Source: Escherichia coli
Lineage (GTDB): Bacteria; Pseudomonadota; Gammaproteobacteria; Enterobacterales; Enterobacteriaceae
Strand: one strand, 5' to 3'
Length of the DNA stretch: 64,000 nt
Assembly (NCBI RefSeq): GCF_030384885.1
Contig: NZ_CP128613.1
Shown here: in pieces, positions 38,489-54,720 of the stretch
How positions within the stretch are numbered: position 1 is the first letter of the stretch
Layout of the letters: each line of letters starts with the position of its first letter
Notes under the pieces: model-generated
Seen by the model: the letters and a program-made list of their open reading frames with translations, nothing else
Databases searched by the model: none
What the model was told of the DNA's origin: nothing
Made by a program: the position numbers and the translations under genes

Positions 38489-38592
38489 TGCCGGATGCAG
38501 CGTGAACGCCTTGTCCGACCTACAAAATATTGCAAAATCAATACATCGTAGAACGTTGTAGGCCTGATAAGCGTAGCGCATCAGGCCACTAC
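38489..38592. repeat. BIME: two REP units between yceK and opgH
   Basis: GCCGGATGCAGCGTGAACGCCTTGTCCGACCTAC and GTAGGCCTGATAAGCGTAGCGCATCAGGCC palindromic units. Confidence 0.7.
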
Positions 38593-38595
38593 GTT

Positions 38596-42778
<4,183 letters not shown>

Positions 42779-43060
42779 TCAGCACGCTGGCTCATGGATT
42801 AAGCACCTGATTGCAACCGTTTTCACTTTCCGTGCTTCTCCTAAAGACAGAAGCATCGACTTCGTGTAGGGTTTGCCAGCAAATTTATTTATCAACCGTC
42901 TTACAGACGCTTCCATTCTGGTTAGTGGTAGCGATGATGCTATGCATAAAAACCTTGAAGCCTGCGTCTGGCGCGGTCAGGTCGGTGTCGCTATGGCAAC
43001 AAGCCTAAAGGCATAACCCGACAGGGATAAGACGAAAAATCCGAGATTAGTTAACCATAT

Positions 43061-44218
43061 ATGAATCCAGTACCCGCGCAACGTGAATATTTCCTCGACT
43101 CCATCCGCGCCTGGCTGATGTTGTTAGGGATCCCTTTTCATATTTCTTTAATCTATTCGAGCCATACATGGCATGTGAATAGCGCCGAACCGTCATTGTG
43201 GCTGACCCTTTTTAATGACTTCATCCACTCGTTCCGCATGCAGGTATTTTTCGTTATATCCGGGTACTTTTCTTACATGCTTTTTTTACGCTATCCCCTG
43301 AAAAAATGGTGGAAAGTACGTGTCGAACGTGTAGGGATCCCGATGTTAACAGCCATCCCCCTACTGACATTGCCGCAATTTATTATGCTGCAATACGTCA
43401 AAGGGAAAGCGGAAAGTTGGCCTGAGCTGTCATTGTATGACAAATATAATACGTTGGCCTGGGAATTAATATCACACCTGTGGTTTTTACTGGTGTTAGT
43501 GGTCATGACGACGCTGTGCGTATGGATATTTAAACGCATCAGAAATAATTTAGAAAATTCTGATAAAACGAATAAAAAATTCTCGATGGTAAAATTATCG
43601 GTGATTTTTTTGTGCCTCGGCATCGGTTATGCGGTAATAAGAAGAACGATTTTTATTGTGTATCCACCCATTCTGAGTAACGGCATGTTCAATTTTATTG
43701 TCATGCAAACGTTATTTTATTTGCCGTTCTTTATCCTCGGCGCACTGGCTTTCATTTTCCCTCATCTTAAAGCCTTGTTTACCACGCCGTCTCGTGGCTG
43801 TACCCTTGCAGCAGCATTGGCGTTTGTCGCTTATTTACTCAACCAGCGCTATGGCAGTGGCGATGCCTGGATGTACGAAACCGAGTCGGTGATTACCATG
43901 GTCCTCGGTCTGTGGATGGTGAATGTGGTCTTCTCCTTCGGCCACCGTTTGCTTAACTTCCAGTCAGCGCGGGTGACTTACTTTGTTAACGCATCGCTAT
44001 TTATCTATCTGGTTCACCACCCGTTAACGCTGTTTTTCGGCGCGTACATTACACCGCACATCACCTCCAACTGGCTTGGTTTTCTCTGTGGCCTGATATT
44101 CGTAGTAGGGATTGCGATAATTCTGTATGAAATTCATTTACGCATCCCGTTACTGAAGTTTTTGTTCTCTGGTAAACCGGTTGTTAAGCGTGAGAACGAT
44201 AAAGCACCAGCCCGTTAA
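43061..44218 (+). CDS. opgC: osmoregulated periplasmic glucan succinyltransferase OpgC (MdoC)
   Basis: 385-aa multi-[34 protein letters not shown]...; divergent from opgG. Confidence 0.93.
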   Translation: MNPVPAQREYFLDSIRAWLMLLGIPFHISLIYSSHTWHVNSAEPSLWLTLFNDFIHSFRMQVFFVISGYFSYMLFLRYPLKKWWKVRVERVGIPMLTAIPLLTLPQFIMLQYVKGKAESWPELSLYDKYNTLAWELISHLWFLLVLVVMTTLCVWIFKRIRNNLENSDKTNKKFSMVKLSVIFLCLGIGYAVIRRTIFIVYPPILSNGMFNFIVMQTLFYLPFFILGALAFIFPHLKALFTTPSRGCTLAAALAFVAYLLNQRYGSGDAWMYETESVITMVLGLWMVNVVFSFGHRLLNFQSARVTYFVNASLFIYLVHHPLTLFFGAYITPHITSNWLGFLCGLIFVVGIAIILYEIHLRIPLLKFLFSGKPVVKRENDKAPAR

Positions 44219-44225
44219 GCCGCGT

Positions 44226-45656
44226 TTACAATAACCATTCCACAGGCAATATCGACGCCAGTCTGACCATAACCCGCTTCCAGAAACTGGTAGCGGGTTC
44301 TTTTTTGAGAACAATTTCTTTCTTTGCATGACGATCAACCCAGTTGATCCGCCCCCACCTGTCCAGACGGAGCTGCCAGGCCGCATCATACTGGCTCTGA
44401 ATAAAGCGTTTATCAATTAACTGTGCCAGCGTTTCGCTCTCTATCACGAACCCCATTTCAGTATTGAGCAATGTCGAACGTGGATCGAAATTGAAAGAGC
44501 CAATAAACACCGTTTTACCATCGATGCTAAAGGTTTTAGCATGCAGGCTGGCACCGGAATTACCGGTTATGCCGCGATCGTGTAACGTACTACTTTGTTC
44601 ACGCGTCGGCTTGAGTTCATATAATTCCACGCCGTAGCGGAGCAATTTTTTGCGCCAGCGCGCGTATCCGGCATGGACGACAGCAACATCGTTAGCGGCA
44701 AGAGAATTGGTTAGGATCGCAATCTTTACCCCTTTTCTCACCATCCGTAAGAGTTGCGCCACACCTGCGCGTGTCGGTACAAAATAGGAAGAGATAATAT
44801 CGATGCGTTCACTGGGTGAGCCCATGATATCGAACAGGCGTTGCGGTAACAGTGAATGCCGTTTTGCCTTGCCTTCCCCTTTCGCCGGATCATCACTTAA
44901 TAAACGTGTTTTCGCCCAGATAAGCGGCAACGTTCCATCAACCAGATGATTTATAAACGGGCTGGATTCCATTTTGCGTAAATAACGATGCGTCATGGCA
45001 TCGTCATGCCAGGAGGCGGGTAACTCGATGCGATCCGCCATTTCACCTTCCGGGACATCCAGCACCTGCTGTAAGGGTGAAACCGATTTACAATACCAGT
45101 AGCGGGCGAAATCATCGGCAACGTCCTCTACAACTGGTCCTATTGCCATGACATCTAAATCCGAAAAAAGTGGCTCTTCCCCTGCACCAAAATAGGCATC
45201 ACCAATATTTCGTCCCCCTACCAGCGTCACCACGCCATCGACAGTGAAACTTTTATTGTGCATACGGCGATTGAGACGGGAAAAGTCGGTGATATAACCA
45301 AGCGGACGTAGCAAGCGAAACGAGAAAGGATTAAAAAGCCGGACTTCAATGCGGGGATGACTGTCAAGCAAGCGTAAAATGTCGTCAAGTCCGGGTGTAT
45401 TGTTGTCGTCCAGCAACAAACGGACGCGAACGCCACGCTTTGCTGCGGCTAACAGGGCGGAAAACAGTAACCGACCCGACATATCGTCCTGCCAGATGTA
45501 ATACTGAACATCCAGCGTATGCTCTGCCATTTCGGCCAGACGATACCGGGCGGCAAACGCATCCAGACTTTTCTCCAGAGGGAAAAGGCCACACTGACCG
45601 GGATGTTGCGAACACAGTGGCAGCACCGCGCTCGCCAGCCGGGGCAAATCATTCAT
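44226..45656 (-). CDS. clsC: cardiolipin synthase C (PLD family); start uncertain
   Basis: ORF 44226..45716 (496 aa) with two HxK(x)4D phospholipase D motifs; start tentatively placed at [11 protein letters not shown]. Confidence 0.85.
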   Translation of the reverse strand: MNDLPRLASAVLPLCSQHPGQCGLFPLEKSLDAFAARYRLAEMAEHTLDVQYYIWQDDMSGRLLFSALLAAAKRGVRVRLLLDDNNTPGLDDILRLLDSHPRIEVRLFNPFSFRLLRPLGYITDFSRLNRRMHNKSFTVDGVVTLVGGRNIGDAYFGAGEEPLFSDLDVMAIGPVVEDVADDFARYWYCKSVSPLQQVLDVPEGEMADRIELPASWHDDAMTHRYLRKMESSPFINHLVDGTLPLIWAKTRLLSDDPAKGEGKAKRHSLLPQRLFDIMGSPSERIDIISSYFVPTRAGVAQLLRMVRKGVKIAILTNSLAANDVAVVHAGYARWRKKLLRYGVELYELKPTREQSSTLHDRGITGNSGASLHAKTFSIDGKTVFIGSFNFDPRSTLLNTEMGFVIESETLAQLIDKRFIQSQYDAAWQLRLDRWGRINWVDRHAKKEIVLKKEPATSFWKRVMVRLASILPVEWLL

Positions 45657-46182
45657 CTCCTTGTTGGGTAAGGAGTCTTTCGTAGAGGTGGGCGTTTTCT
45701 TCATCATAACAGACAAAGTATACCTGTTCGGGTAAAGCGTGACGGGTAATAAATTCTGAAACGGTTTTTACTGCGATTTCAGCCGCTGCCGCACGAGGGT
45801 AACCATAAACCCCAGTACTAATTGCAGGAAAAGCCACTGACGTATAGCTGTTTGCCGCCACCAGTCGTAGGCTATTGAGATAGGCATCCTGCAAAAGCTG
45901 GTCTTCGTTTTGTTCACCACCACGCCAGACTGGCCCGACGGTGTGCACTACGGCTTTCGCGGGAAGATCGCCTGCAAGCGTAATAACGGCATGCCCCGTA
46001 GGGCAATCGCCCTGCTGCTGCCTGACTTTTAAACAGGCATCCAGCAGGGCCGGACCCGCTGCGCGATGAATGGCCCCATCGACGCCGCCGCCTCCCATTA
46101 ATGACGGATTAGCCGCATTCACAATCACATCAACGGCCAGTTTGGTAATATCACCCTGCACAACATGAATACGCGTTTTCAT
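45649..46182 (-). CDS. ymdB: macrodomain O-acetyl-ADP-ribose deacetylase YmdB
   Basis: 177-aa [46 protein letters not shown]; 3' end overlaps the clsC start. Confidence 0.95.
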
Positions 46183-46276
46183 AACGCCTCCTTACACCTT
46201 CTTGTTTCTTAAGTGTACAGCAGGCTTTTTGGTTAAATCGCATTTTTCTGCTCAGCAAGGTGAGTTGTTCAGAAAC

Positions 46277-46656
<380 letters not shown>

Positions 46657-46657
46657 C

Positions 46658-47041
<384 letters not shown>

Positions 47042-47099
47042 ATTCTTCTCCCGAAAAAAAACAGGGCTTGCGCCCTGTTTCTTTAATACAGAGGATGTA

Positions 47100-47555
47100 T
47101 TAGTACTGATGAGCGGTCGCGTTGTTGCCAAAACCAACCTGAGTAACGTTTACGCTAGAGTTAGATGCAGTTTGATCAACTGCAGCACCGTTACCACCAC
47201 CAAACTGTTTAACAGTCATTTCAGAGTTTTTACCGTTCCACTGATCAAGAGTGGCACTGTTACCGAAGCCACGTTGGGTCAGATCGATTGAGCTGTCATC
47301 AGAGCCCTGACCAACATCTGCACCGTTACCGCCACCGTGCTGGGTAATCGTCAAGTCAGAGTTACGAGCATCAGTTTGCAGAGCAAGTGCAGAGTTACCA
47401 CCACCGTACTGGTAAATATTCAGCTCTGAATTTGGGCCGCTATTATTACCGCCACCGCCATGGTGACCACCACCGCCATACTGAGGAATAGAACCTGCCA
47501 GAGCGCTACCAGAGAATACGATTGCTGCAATTGCTGCTACTTTTAAAAGTTTCAT
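47100..47555 (-). CDS. csgA: major curlin subunit CsgA
   Basis: 151-aa ORF with signal peptide and five imperfect Gln/Asn/Gly-rich repeats. Confidence 0.97.
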   Translation of the reverse strand: MKLLKVAAIAAIVFSGSALAGSIPQYGGGGHHGGGGNNSGPNSELNIYQYGGGNSALALQTDARNSDLTITQHGGGNGADVGQGSDDSSIDLTQRGFGNSATLDQWNGKNSEMTVKQFGGGNGAAVDQTASNSSVNVTQVGFGNNATAHQY

Positions 47556-47595
47556 GTAAAACCCCCATCGGATTGATTTAAAAGTCGAATGGAAA

Positions 47596-48051
47596 TTAAC
47601 GTTGTGTCACGCGAATAGCCATTTGCGACTGTCTCTGCACTACAATTGCCGTTTTTTGAGTACCATACTGTGTAATATTTGCTTTATTACCAGAACCTTT
47701 CTGGATAATCATCGCAGTATTACCATAAGCACCTTGCGAAATACTGGCATCGTTGGCATTGCCCGCCTGATCAATATATGCAAGGTTATAATCTCCTGTC
47801 TGGTCAATCTTTGCCCGGTTGCTACTACCTTCTTGCGCAACAACCGCCAAAAGTTTTGAGCCTCCCTGCCGTAACTGAGCACTATTATTAGTCCCAGCTT
47901 GACCAATTATGGCTGCCTGATTAAATGAAGACTTACTCAATTCATTTACCGCGAAGTTATATTCTGAATTAGCTAAATCATAACCTGCTGCGGCTGCAAT
48001 CCCAGGCGCACCCAGTATTGTTAACATCATAAATAACAATTTGTTTTTCAT
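47596..48051 (-). CDS. csgB: curli nucleator CsgB
   Basis: ORF 47596..48078; start placed at MKNKLLFMMLTILGAPGIAAA to give 151 aa. Confidence 0.95.
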   Translation of the reverse strand: MKNKLLFMMLTILGAPGIAAAAGYDLANSEYNFAVNELSKSSFNQAAIIGQAGTNNSAQLRQGGSKLLAVVAQEGSSNRAKIDQTGDYNLAYIDQAGNANDASISQGAYGNTAMIIQKGSGNKANITQYGTQKTAIVVQRQSQMAIRVTQR

Positions 48052-48805
48052 GTTGTCACCCTGGACCTGGTCGTACATTTAAGAAATTAAATCATTTCAA
48101 CTTGGTTGTTAACGCAACCTGTATTTTGTTAACGCTGCGTTACGATGGAAAGTATGTCTGCGGAAATATTTTTAATAACTCACCCGCGCGTTGTATTTTT
48201 CTTTTTTTGTTCATACCAAAGTATTAAAACCCACGTAAATACGCTGTTATCTACGCAAAAAAATATTTTGTTTTCTTTTAAATTTCGGTTTTCCGCAATC
48301 AAAAATCACCAGACAGTCATTCTTCTTGCCCGTCGCTGATTGCTGCGATATGTCTTGCGCACAAGCCGTGACAAACCTCGTCTTTTTGCAGTAAAAAATT
48401 GTCCACGGAGGTGTGGAGAAAAAACAAGAACGTTTTACATGACGAAAGGACTACACCGAAATATTTTTTATATGCATTATTAGCAAGTTAGCACCATTTG
48501 TATGATTTTTTAAAATTGTGCAAGAAAAACCAAATGTACAACTTTTCTATCATTTCTAAACTTAATAAAACCTTAAGATTAACATTTTAATATAACGAGT
48601 TACATTTAGTTACATGTTTAACACTTGATTTAAGATTTGTAATGGCTAGATTGAAATCAGATGTAATCCATTAGTTTTATATTTTACCCATTTAGGGCTG
48701 ATTTATTACTACACACAGCAGTGCAACATCTGTCAGTACTTCTGGTGCTTCTATTTTAGAGGCAGCTGTCAGGTGTGCGATCAATAAAAAAAGCGGGGTT
48801 TCATC
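48052..48805. promoter_or_regulatory. csgBAC / csgDEFG divergent intergenic control region
   Basis: 754-bp AT-rich non-coding gap with no ORF of 60 codons or more; known to carry both curli promoters and the long csgD 5' UTR. Confidence 0.85.
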
Positions 48806-49456
<651 letters not shown>

Positions 49457-49460
49457 AGCC

Positions 49461-49850
49461 ATGAAACGTTATTTACGCTGGATTGTGGCGGCAGAATTCC
49501 TGTTCGCCGCAGGGAATCTTCACGCCGTTGAGGTAGAAGTCCCGGGCTTGTTAACTGACCATACTGTTTCATCTATTGGCCATGATTTTTACCGAGCCTT
49601 TAGTGATAAATGGGAAAGTGACTATACGGGTAACTTAACGATTAATGAAAGGCCCAGTGCACGATGGGGAAGTTGGATCACAATAACGGTCAATCAGGAC
49701 GTTATTTTCCAGACTTTTTTATTCCCGTTGAAAAGAGACTTCGAAAAAACTGTCGTCTTTGCACTGATTCAAACTGAAGAAGCACTAAATCGTCGCCAGA
49801 TAAATCAGGCGTTATTGAGTACGGGCGATTTGGCGCATGATGAATTCTAA
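49461..49850 (+). CDS. csgE: curli secretion specificity factor CsgE
   Basis: 129-aa ORF with signal peptide. Confidence 0.95.
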
Positions 49851-49874
49851 ATAAAAAATTGTTCGGAGGCTGCA

Positions 49875-50291
49875 ATGCGTGTCAAACATGCAGTAGTTCT
49901 ACTCATGCTTATTTCGCCTTTAAGTTGGGCTGGAACCATGACTTTCCAGTTCCGTAATCCAAACTTTGGTGGCAACCCAAATAATGGCGCTTTTTTATTA
50001 AATAGCGCCCAGGCACAGAACTCGTATAAAGATCCGAGCTATAACGATGACTTTGGTATTGAAACGCCATCAGCGTTAGATAACTTTACCCAGGCCATCC
50101 AGTCACAAATTTTAGGTGGGCTACTGTCGAATATTAATACCGGTAAACCGGGCCGCATGGTGACCAACGATTATATTGTCGATATCGCTAACCGCGATGG
50201 TCAATTGCAGTTGAATGTGACGGATCGCAAAACCGGACAAACCTCGACCATCCAGGTTTCGGGTTTACAAAATAACTCAACCGATTTTTAA
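49875..50291 (+). CDS. csgF: curli assembly protein CsgF
   Basis: 138-aa [41 protein letters not shown]. Confidence 0.95.
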
Positions 50292-50317
50292 GCCCCAGCT
50301 TCATAAGGAAAATAATC

Positions 50318-51151
50318 ATGCAGCGCTTATTTCTTTTGGTTGCCGTCATGTTACTGAGCGGATGCTTAACCGCCCCGCCTAAAGAAGCCGCCAGACCGAC
50401 ATTAATGCCTCGTGCTCAGAGCTACAAAGATTTGACCCATCTGCCAGCGCCGACGGGTAAGATCTTTGTTTCGGTATACAACATTCAGGACGAAACCGGG
50501 CAATTTAAACCCTACCCGGCAAGTAACTTCTCCACTGCTGTTCCGCAAAGCGCCACGGCAATGCTGGTCACGGCATTGAAAGATTCTCGCTGGTTTATAC
50601 CGCTGGAGCGCCAGGGCTTACAAAACCTGCTTAACGAGCGCAAGATTATTCGTGCAGCACAAGAAAACGGCACGGTTGCCATTAATAACCGAATCCCGCT
50701 GCAATCTTTAACGGCGGCAAATATCATGGTTGAAGGTTCGATTATCGGTTATGAAAGCAACGTTAAATCGGGCGGTGTTGGGGCAAGATATTTTGGGATC
50801 GGTGCAGACACGCAATACCAGCTCGATCAGATTGCCGTGAACCTGCGTGTCGTCAATGTGAGTACCGGTGAGATCCTCTCCTCGGTGAACACCAGTAAGA
50901 CGATACTTTCCTATGAAGTTCAGGCGGGGGTCTTCCGCTTTATTGACTACCAGCGCTTGCTGGAAGGGGAAGTAGGTTACACCTCGAACGAACCCGTTAT
51001 GCTGTGCCTGATGTCGGCTATCGAAACAGGCGTCATTTTCCTGATTAATGATGGTATCGACCGCGGTCTTTGGGATTTGCAGAACAAAGCAGAACGGCAG
51101 AATGACATTCTGGTGAAATACCGCCATATGTCGGTTCCACCGGAATCCTGA
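50318..51151 (+). CDS. csgG: curli secretion channel lipoprotein CsgG
   Basis: 277-aa ORF MQRLFLLVAVMLLSGCLTAPPKE (lipobox LSGC). Confidence 0.97.
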   Translation: MQRLFLLVAVMLLSGCLTAPPKEAARPTLMPRAQSYKDLTHLPAPTGKIFVSVYNIQDETGQFKPYPASNFSTAVPQSATAMLVTALKDSRWFIPLERQGLQNLLNERKIIRAAQENGTVAINNRIPLQSLTAANIMVEGSIIGYESNVKSGGVGARYFGIGADTQYQLDQIAVNLRVVNVSTGEILSSVNTSKTILSYEVQAGVFRFIDYQRLLEGEVGYTSNEPVMLCLMSAIETGVIFLINDGIDRGLWDLQNKAERQNDILVKYRHMSVPPES

Positions 51152-51156
51152 TAGAT

Positions 51157-51187
51157 AAAAATGCCGGAATTATCATCCGGCATTTTA
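51157..51187 (+). terminator. terminator hairpin after csgG
   Basis: AATGCCGGA-attatca-TCCGGCATT followed by TTACTG; T-run is weak. Confidence 0.55.
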
Positions 51188-51214
51188 CTGTTCAAGCGAA
51201 AGCGTGAGTGCCCC

Positions 51215-51706
51215 TCACGCTTTATTTTTGATTTGCTGCTCACGGTGAGCCGTCTTTGCACTACGCGCCGCCAGCCACAAGCCGCTGTTTTTCATTGCGT
51301 AACCAAATACCAGTCCAAGCGCCAGCGAAGGTAACACCAGTTTCCAGTCACCCTGCCCGGCAAACGTCGCGCATGCGCCTATAAACGTCCCCGGAACAAA
51401 TGAAAGCAGCAGCTGTTTCGCCTGAATACACATCAGAAACGCGACAATACCGGTTATGACATAACCGAGAATTTCCAGATGTGGTGCCAGTGCACTACCG
51501 TAAATAATGACCATCGCCCACACCACGCCACTAAGCAGGGTTGCAGCGGAGATCGCCAGCCCTTTCAGCCCACCTTGCGGGCAGGCAAAGTAGGCCGTAC
51601 AGCCCAGGAAGCCCGCCCAGCTTAGTAAGCCCAGGGAAACAGCCACCCATCCCCAGATACCGGAGAGAATGCCTGTTGTGATTGCAATAGAGAGAAGTAT
51701 GTTCAT
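51215..51706 (-). CDS. ycdZ: inner membrane protein YcdZ (DUF1097)
   Basis: ORF 51215..51754; start placed at MNILLSIAITTGILSGIWGW to give 163 aa. Confidence 0.82.
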   Translation of the reverse strand: MNILLSIAITTGILSGIWGWVAVSLGLLSWAGFLGCTAYFACPQGGLKGLAISAATLLSGVVWAMVIIYGSALAPHLEILGYVITGIVAFLMCIQAKQLLLSFVPGTFIGACATFAGQGDWKLVLPSLALGLVFGYAMKNSGLWLAARSAKTAHREQQIKNKA

Positions 51707-51807
51707 GCCGCGCATGATAGCAGAAAACGCGGCCATGAATGAGATCGAGCACACATTTTATGCAACAACAAATTATCTGTTGCAGTTATGAGTGATGGAG
51801 ATCACAT

Positions 51808-52362
51808 TTACTCTTCAGAATCTTCTTCCAGCTCGTCCCACATTGCACTAATAGCATCGCGGGTTAGCGGTGCCATGGTGCGCCAGAAAGGCGTAGTTGC
51901 ATGGGCCTCCACTTTGCCAAGGAACGCACCACACCAGGGTAACAGATACTCACTGAACAGTGTTTCCAGTGCTTCGCTCTCATCTTCCGTTGACTGATCT
52001 TCCAGCCAGGAAGCCGCGAGCAGCAATGTACCGATGTGATCGGCTGGCGTATCCGCTAATGGCATCCCTCGTTCGGAAAGAAAAGCGCGCACTTCCGCTT
52101 CCGTCGAGCCCTCAACCCATGCGCTACGATATGGCGGCACAGCACATTCATCGCCGATAAACAACGCATTGTATTCGGCAGAGACCTGCGCCATATCACA
52201 GCTTTTCTGTAAACGTGTCAGTAACTCATCCTGCTCCAGTGGCCAGTTCGCAGCCAGTTTCCCCTCACGAATCAGGGTAAACAGCGGCACCAGTAAAGGA
52301 TCTTGCGGTTGGCGGTAATAGAGCGAACCCAGCACACGACAGAGGATAGAAAACTCGTTCAT
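51808..52362 (-). CDS. ycdY: TorD-family redox enzyme maturation chaperone YcdY
   Basis: 184-aa ORF MNEFSILCRVLGSLYYRQPQDPLLVPLF... Confidence 0.9.
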   Translation of the reverse strand: MNEFSILCRVLGSLYYRQPQDPLLVPLFTLIREGKLAANWPLEQDELLTRLQKSCDMAQVSAEYNALFIGDECAVPPYRSAWVEGSTEAEVRAFLSERGMPLADTPADHIGTLLLAASWLEDQSTEDESEALETLFSEYLLPWCGAFLGKVEAHATTPFWRTMAPLTRDAISAMWDELEEDSEE

Positions 52363-52385
52363 TAATATATTTCCATTACTAGTAG

Positions 52386-53123
52386 TTAAAGGTCTGCAAA
52401 TTCCGCAATCGGTGCCATACCGCGAGATTCAAGAAAGTTCAGTAAGCGGCGCGGAGAAACATTCAAAATGCGCTCTGGCGGAAAATCTACCGCGTCGAGG
52501 ATTTTAAGACACTCTTCAAATTCCCCCATGGTAAACGCAGTGTGAGAATCCGAGCCTAATGCCACCCAACCTCCAGCGTCACGTACCGCTGCGGCTACCG
52601 CACGACAGTTGTCTTCACTGCCCTTACGTGAGTGTAAAAATGAGGAATTATTGATTTCCAGCGCCACCTGATGTTTCGCCGCAGCTTCAGAAACAGCTTT
52701 AAAATCAATTGGATATCGTGGATTTCCGGGATGACTTATTATATGCACATTGCCGCTGGCGATAGTGGCGATCATCGCTTGCGTATTGGTCGCTTTATCA
52801 TGTGGTGCAAAAACCGGTTCATGAAAGCCGGCAATAATTAGATCCAGCGAATCAAACATTTTGCCACTGCAGTCAATTTCACCATCAACATTTTTAATGT
52901 TAGCTTCGATACCACGCAGGATCCCTACCCCATCGACCATTCGCGGCCAGATACGCATGTTAATGAAGTGCCAGTGATGCGGCGCATCTTCCATGTCCGG
53001 GCCATGATCGGTGATCGCAAAAAGTTTAATGCCCTTTTGTTTGGCCTGGGCAATATAATCACTTAATGTGCTATATGCATGCGTGCTGGCAACGGTATGC
53101 ATATGAAGGTCGACGGGATACAT
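52386..53123 (-). CDS. ycdX: PHP-family zinc phosphatase YcdX
   Basis: 245-aa [28 protein letters not shown] with His-rich metal motifs. Confidence 0.93.
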   Translation of the reverse strand: MYPVDLHMHTVASTHAYSTLSDYIAQAKQKGIKLFAITDHGPDMEDAPHHWHFINMRIWPRMVDGVGILRGIEANIKNVDGEIDCSGKMFDSLDLIIAGFHEPVFAPHDKATNTQAMIATIASGNVHIISHPGNPRYPIDFKAVSEAAAKHQVALEINNSSFLHSRKGSEDNCRAVAAAVRDAGGWVALGSDSHTAFTMGEFEECLKILDAVDFPPERILNVSPRRLLNFLESRGMAPIAEFADL

Positions 53124-53177
53124 AACTCTCTCCTGTATTCAATTCCCGCCAAGGATAGCAGGAAACCTGATGCTTTA

Positions 53178-54167
<990 letters not shown>

Positions 54168-54338
54168 CTACAAAGGCCACCAGCATAACAAATCCGTGGT
54201 CGGTGGCAAAAAAAGCAGATTTCGCTTATTAAAACTGCATATTGATTGAAGTTTGAATAAACGCGCGATTTTTTAAAAAAGTTTGTTGACCTCAGGTCAT
54301 GATTTCCCTAAATTAGCGCCCGTTCCAGCAAGACAGGA

Positions 54339-54426
54339 ACGACAATTTGGTGAGGTGTCCGAGTGGCTGAAGGAGCACGCCTGGAAAGTGTGTATACGGC
54401 AACGTATCGGGGGTTCGAATCCCCCC
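54339..54426 (+). tRNA. serX: tRNA-Ser (anticodon GGA)
   Basis: GGTGAGGTGTCCGAGTGGCTGAAGGAGCACGCCTGGAAAGTGTGTATACGGCAACGTATCGGGGGTTCGAATCCCCCCCTCACCGCCA: acceptor stem, long variable arm, GGTTCGAATCC T-loop and encoded CCA. Confidence 0.92.
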
Positions 54427-54527
54427 CTCACCGCCATCTTTAAAGAAGAGCTCGTACGAAAGTACGGGCTTTTTTTTCGTATATTGCACACACCGGGGGG
54501 ATGAGAAGCCCCGACAGGGGTTCGACA
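54408..54527 (+). repeat. direct repeat copy 1 (tRNA 3' end + terminator + about 70 bp)
   Basis: AATCCCCCCCTCACCGCCATCTTTAAAGAAGAGCTCGTACGAAAGTACGGGCTTTTTTTTCGTATATTGCACACACCGGGGGGATGAGAAGCCCCGACAGGGGTTCGACAACTGGCGACA. Confidence 0.9.
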
Positions 54528-54588
54528 ACTGGCGACAGCCAGTTGGACAGACCGTGAACGCAGTGAGCGGGCTGCCCGCAGGGCGAGC

Positions 54589-54707
54589 GAAGCGAGTCAA
54601 TCCCCCCCTCACCGCCATCTTTAAAGAAGAGCTCGTACGAAGGTACGGGCTTTTTTTTCGTATATTGCACACACCGGGGGATGAAAAGCCCCGACCGGGG
54701 TTCGACA
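54589..54707 (+). repeat. direct repeat copy 2 (about 96% identical to copy 1, 61-bp spacer between copies)
   Basis: Same sequence as copy 1 with four differences (GAAAGT to GAAGGT, one G fewer in the G-run, GAGAAG to GAAAAG, GACAGG to GACCGG). Confidence 0.9.
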
Positions 54708-54720
54708 ACTGGCGACAAAC

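Noticed and set aside
47100-48078. csgA/csgB internal nucleotide repeats as a possible mobile or satellite repeat
   Set aside because: The periodicity reflects the protein-level amyloid repeat units of curlin subunits, not a DNA-level repetitive element.
51190-51230. Second hairpin AGCGTGAG-tgcccc-TCACGCT after csgG, as a separate terminator or sRNA
   Set aside because: It overlaps the 3' end of the convergent ycdZ ORF. It is probably just part of a bidirectional terminator region; a distinct element cannot be supported from sequence alone.
54402-54707. Possible CRISPR array at the serX repeats
   Set aside because: Only two copies of a ~120-bp unit with a 61-bp spacer; no short (28-37 bp) repeat-spacer periodicity and no cas genes nearby.
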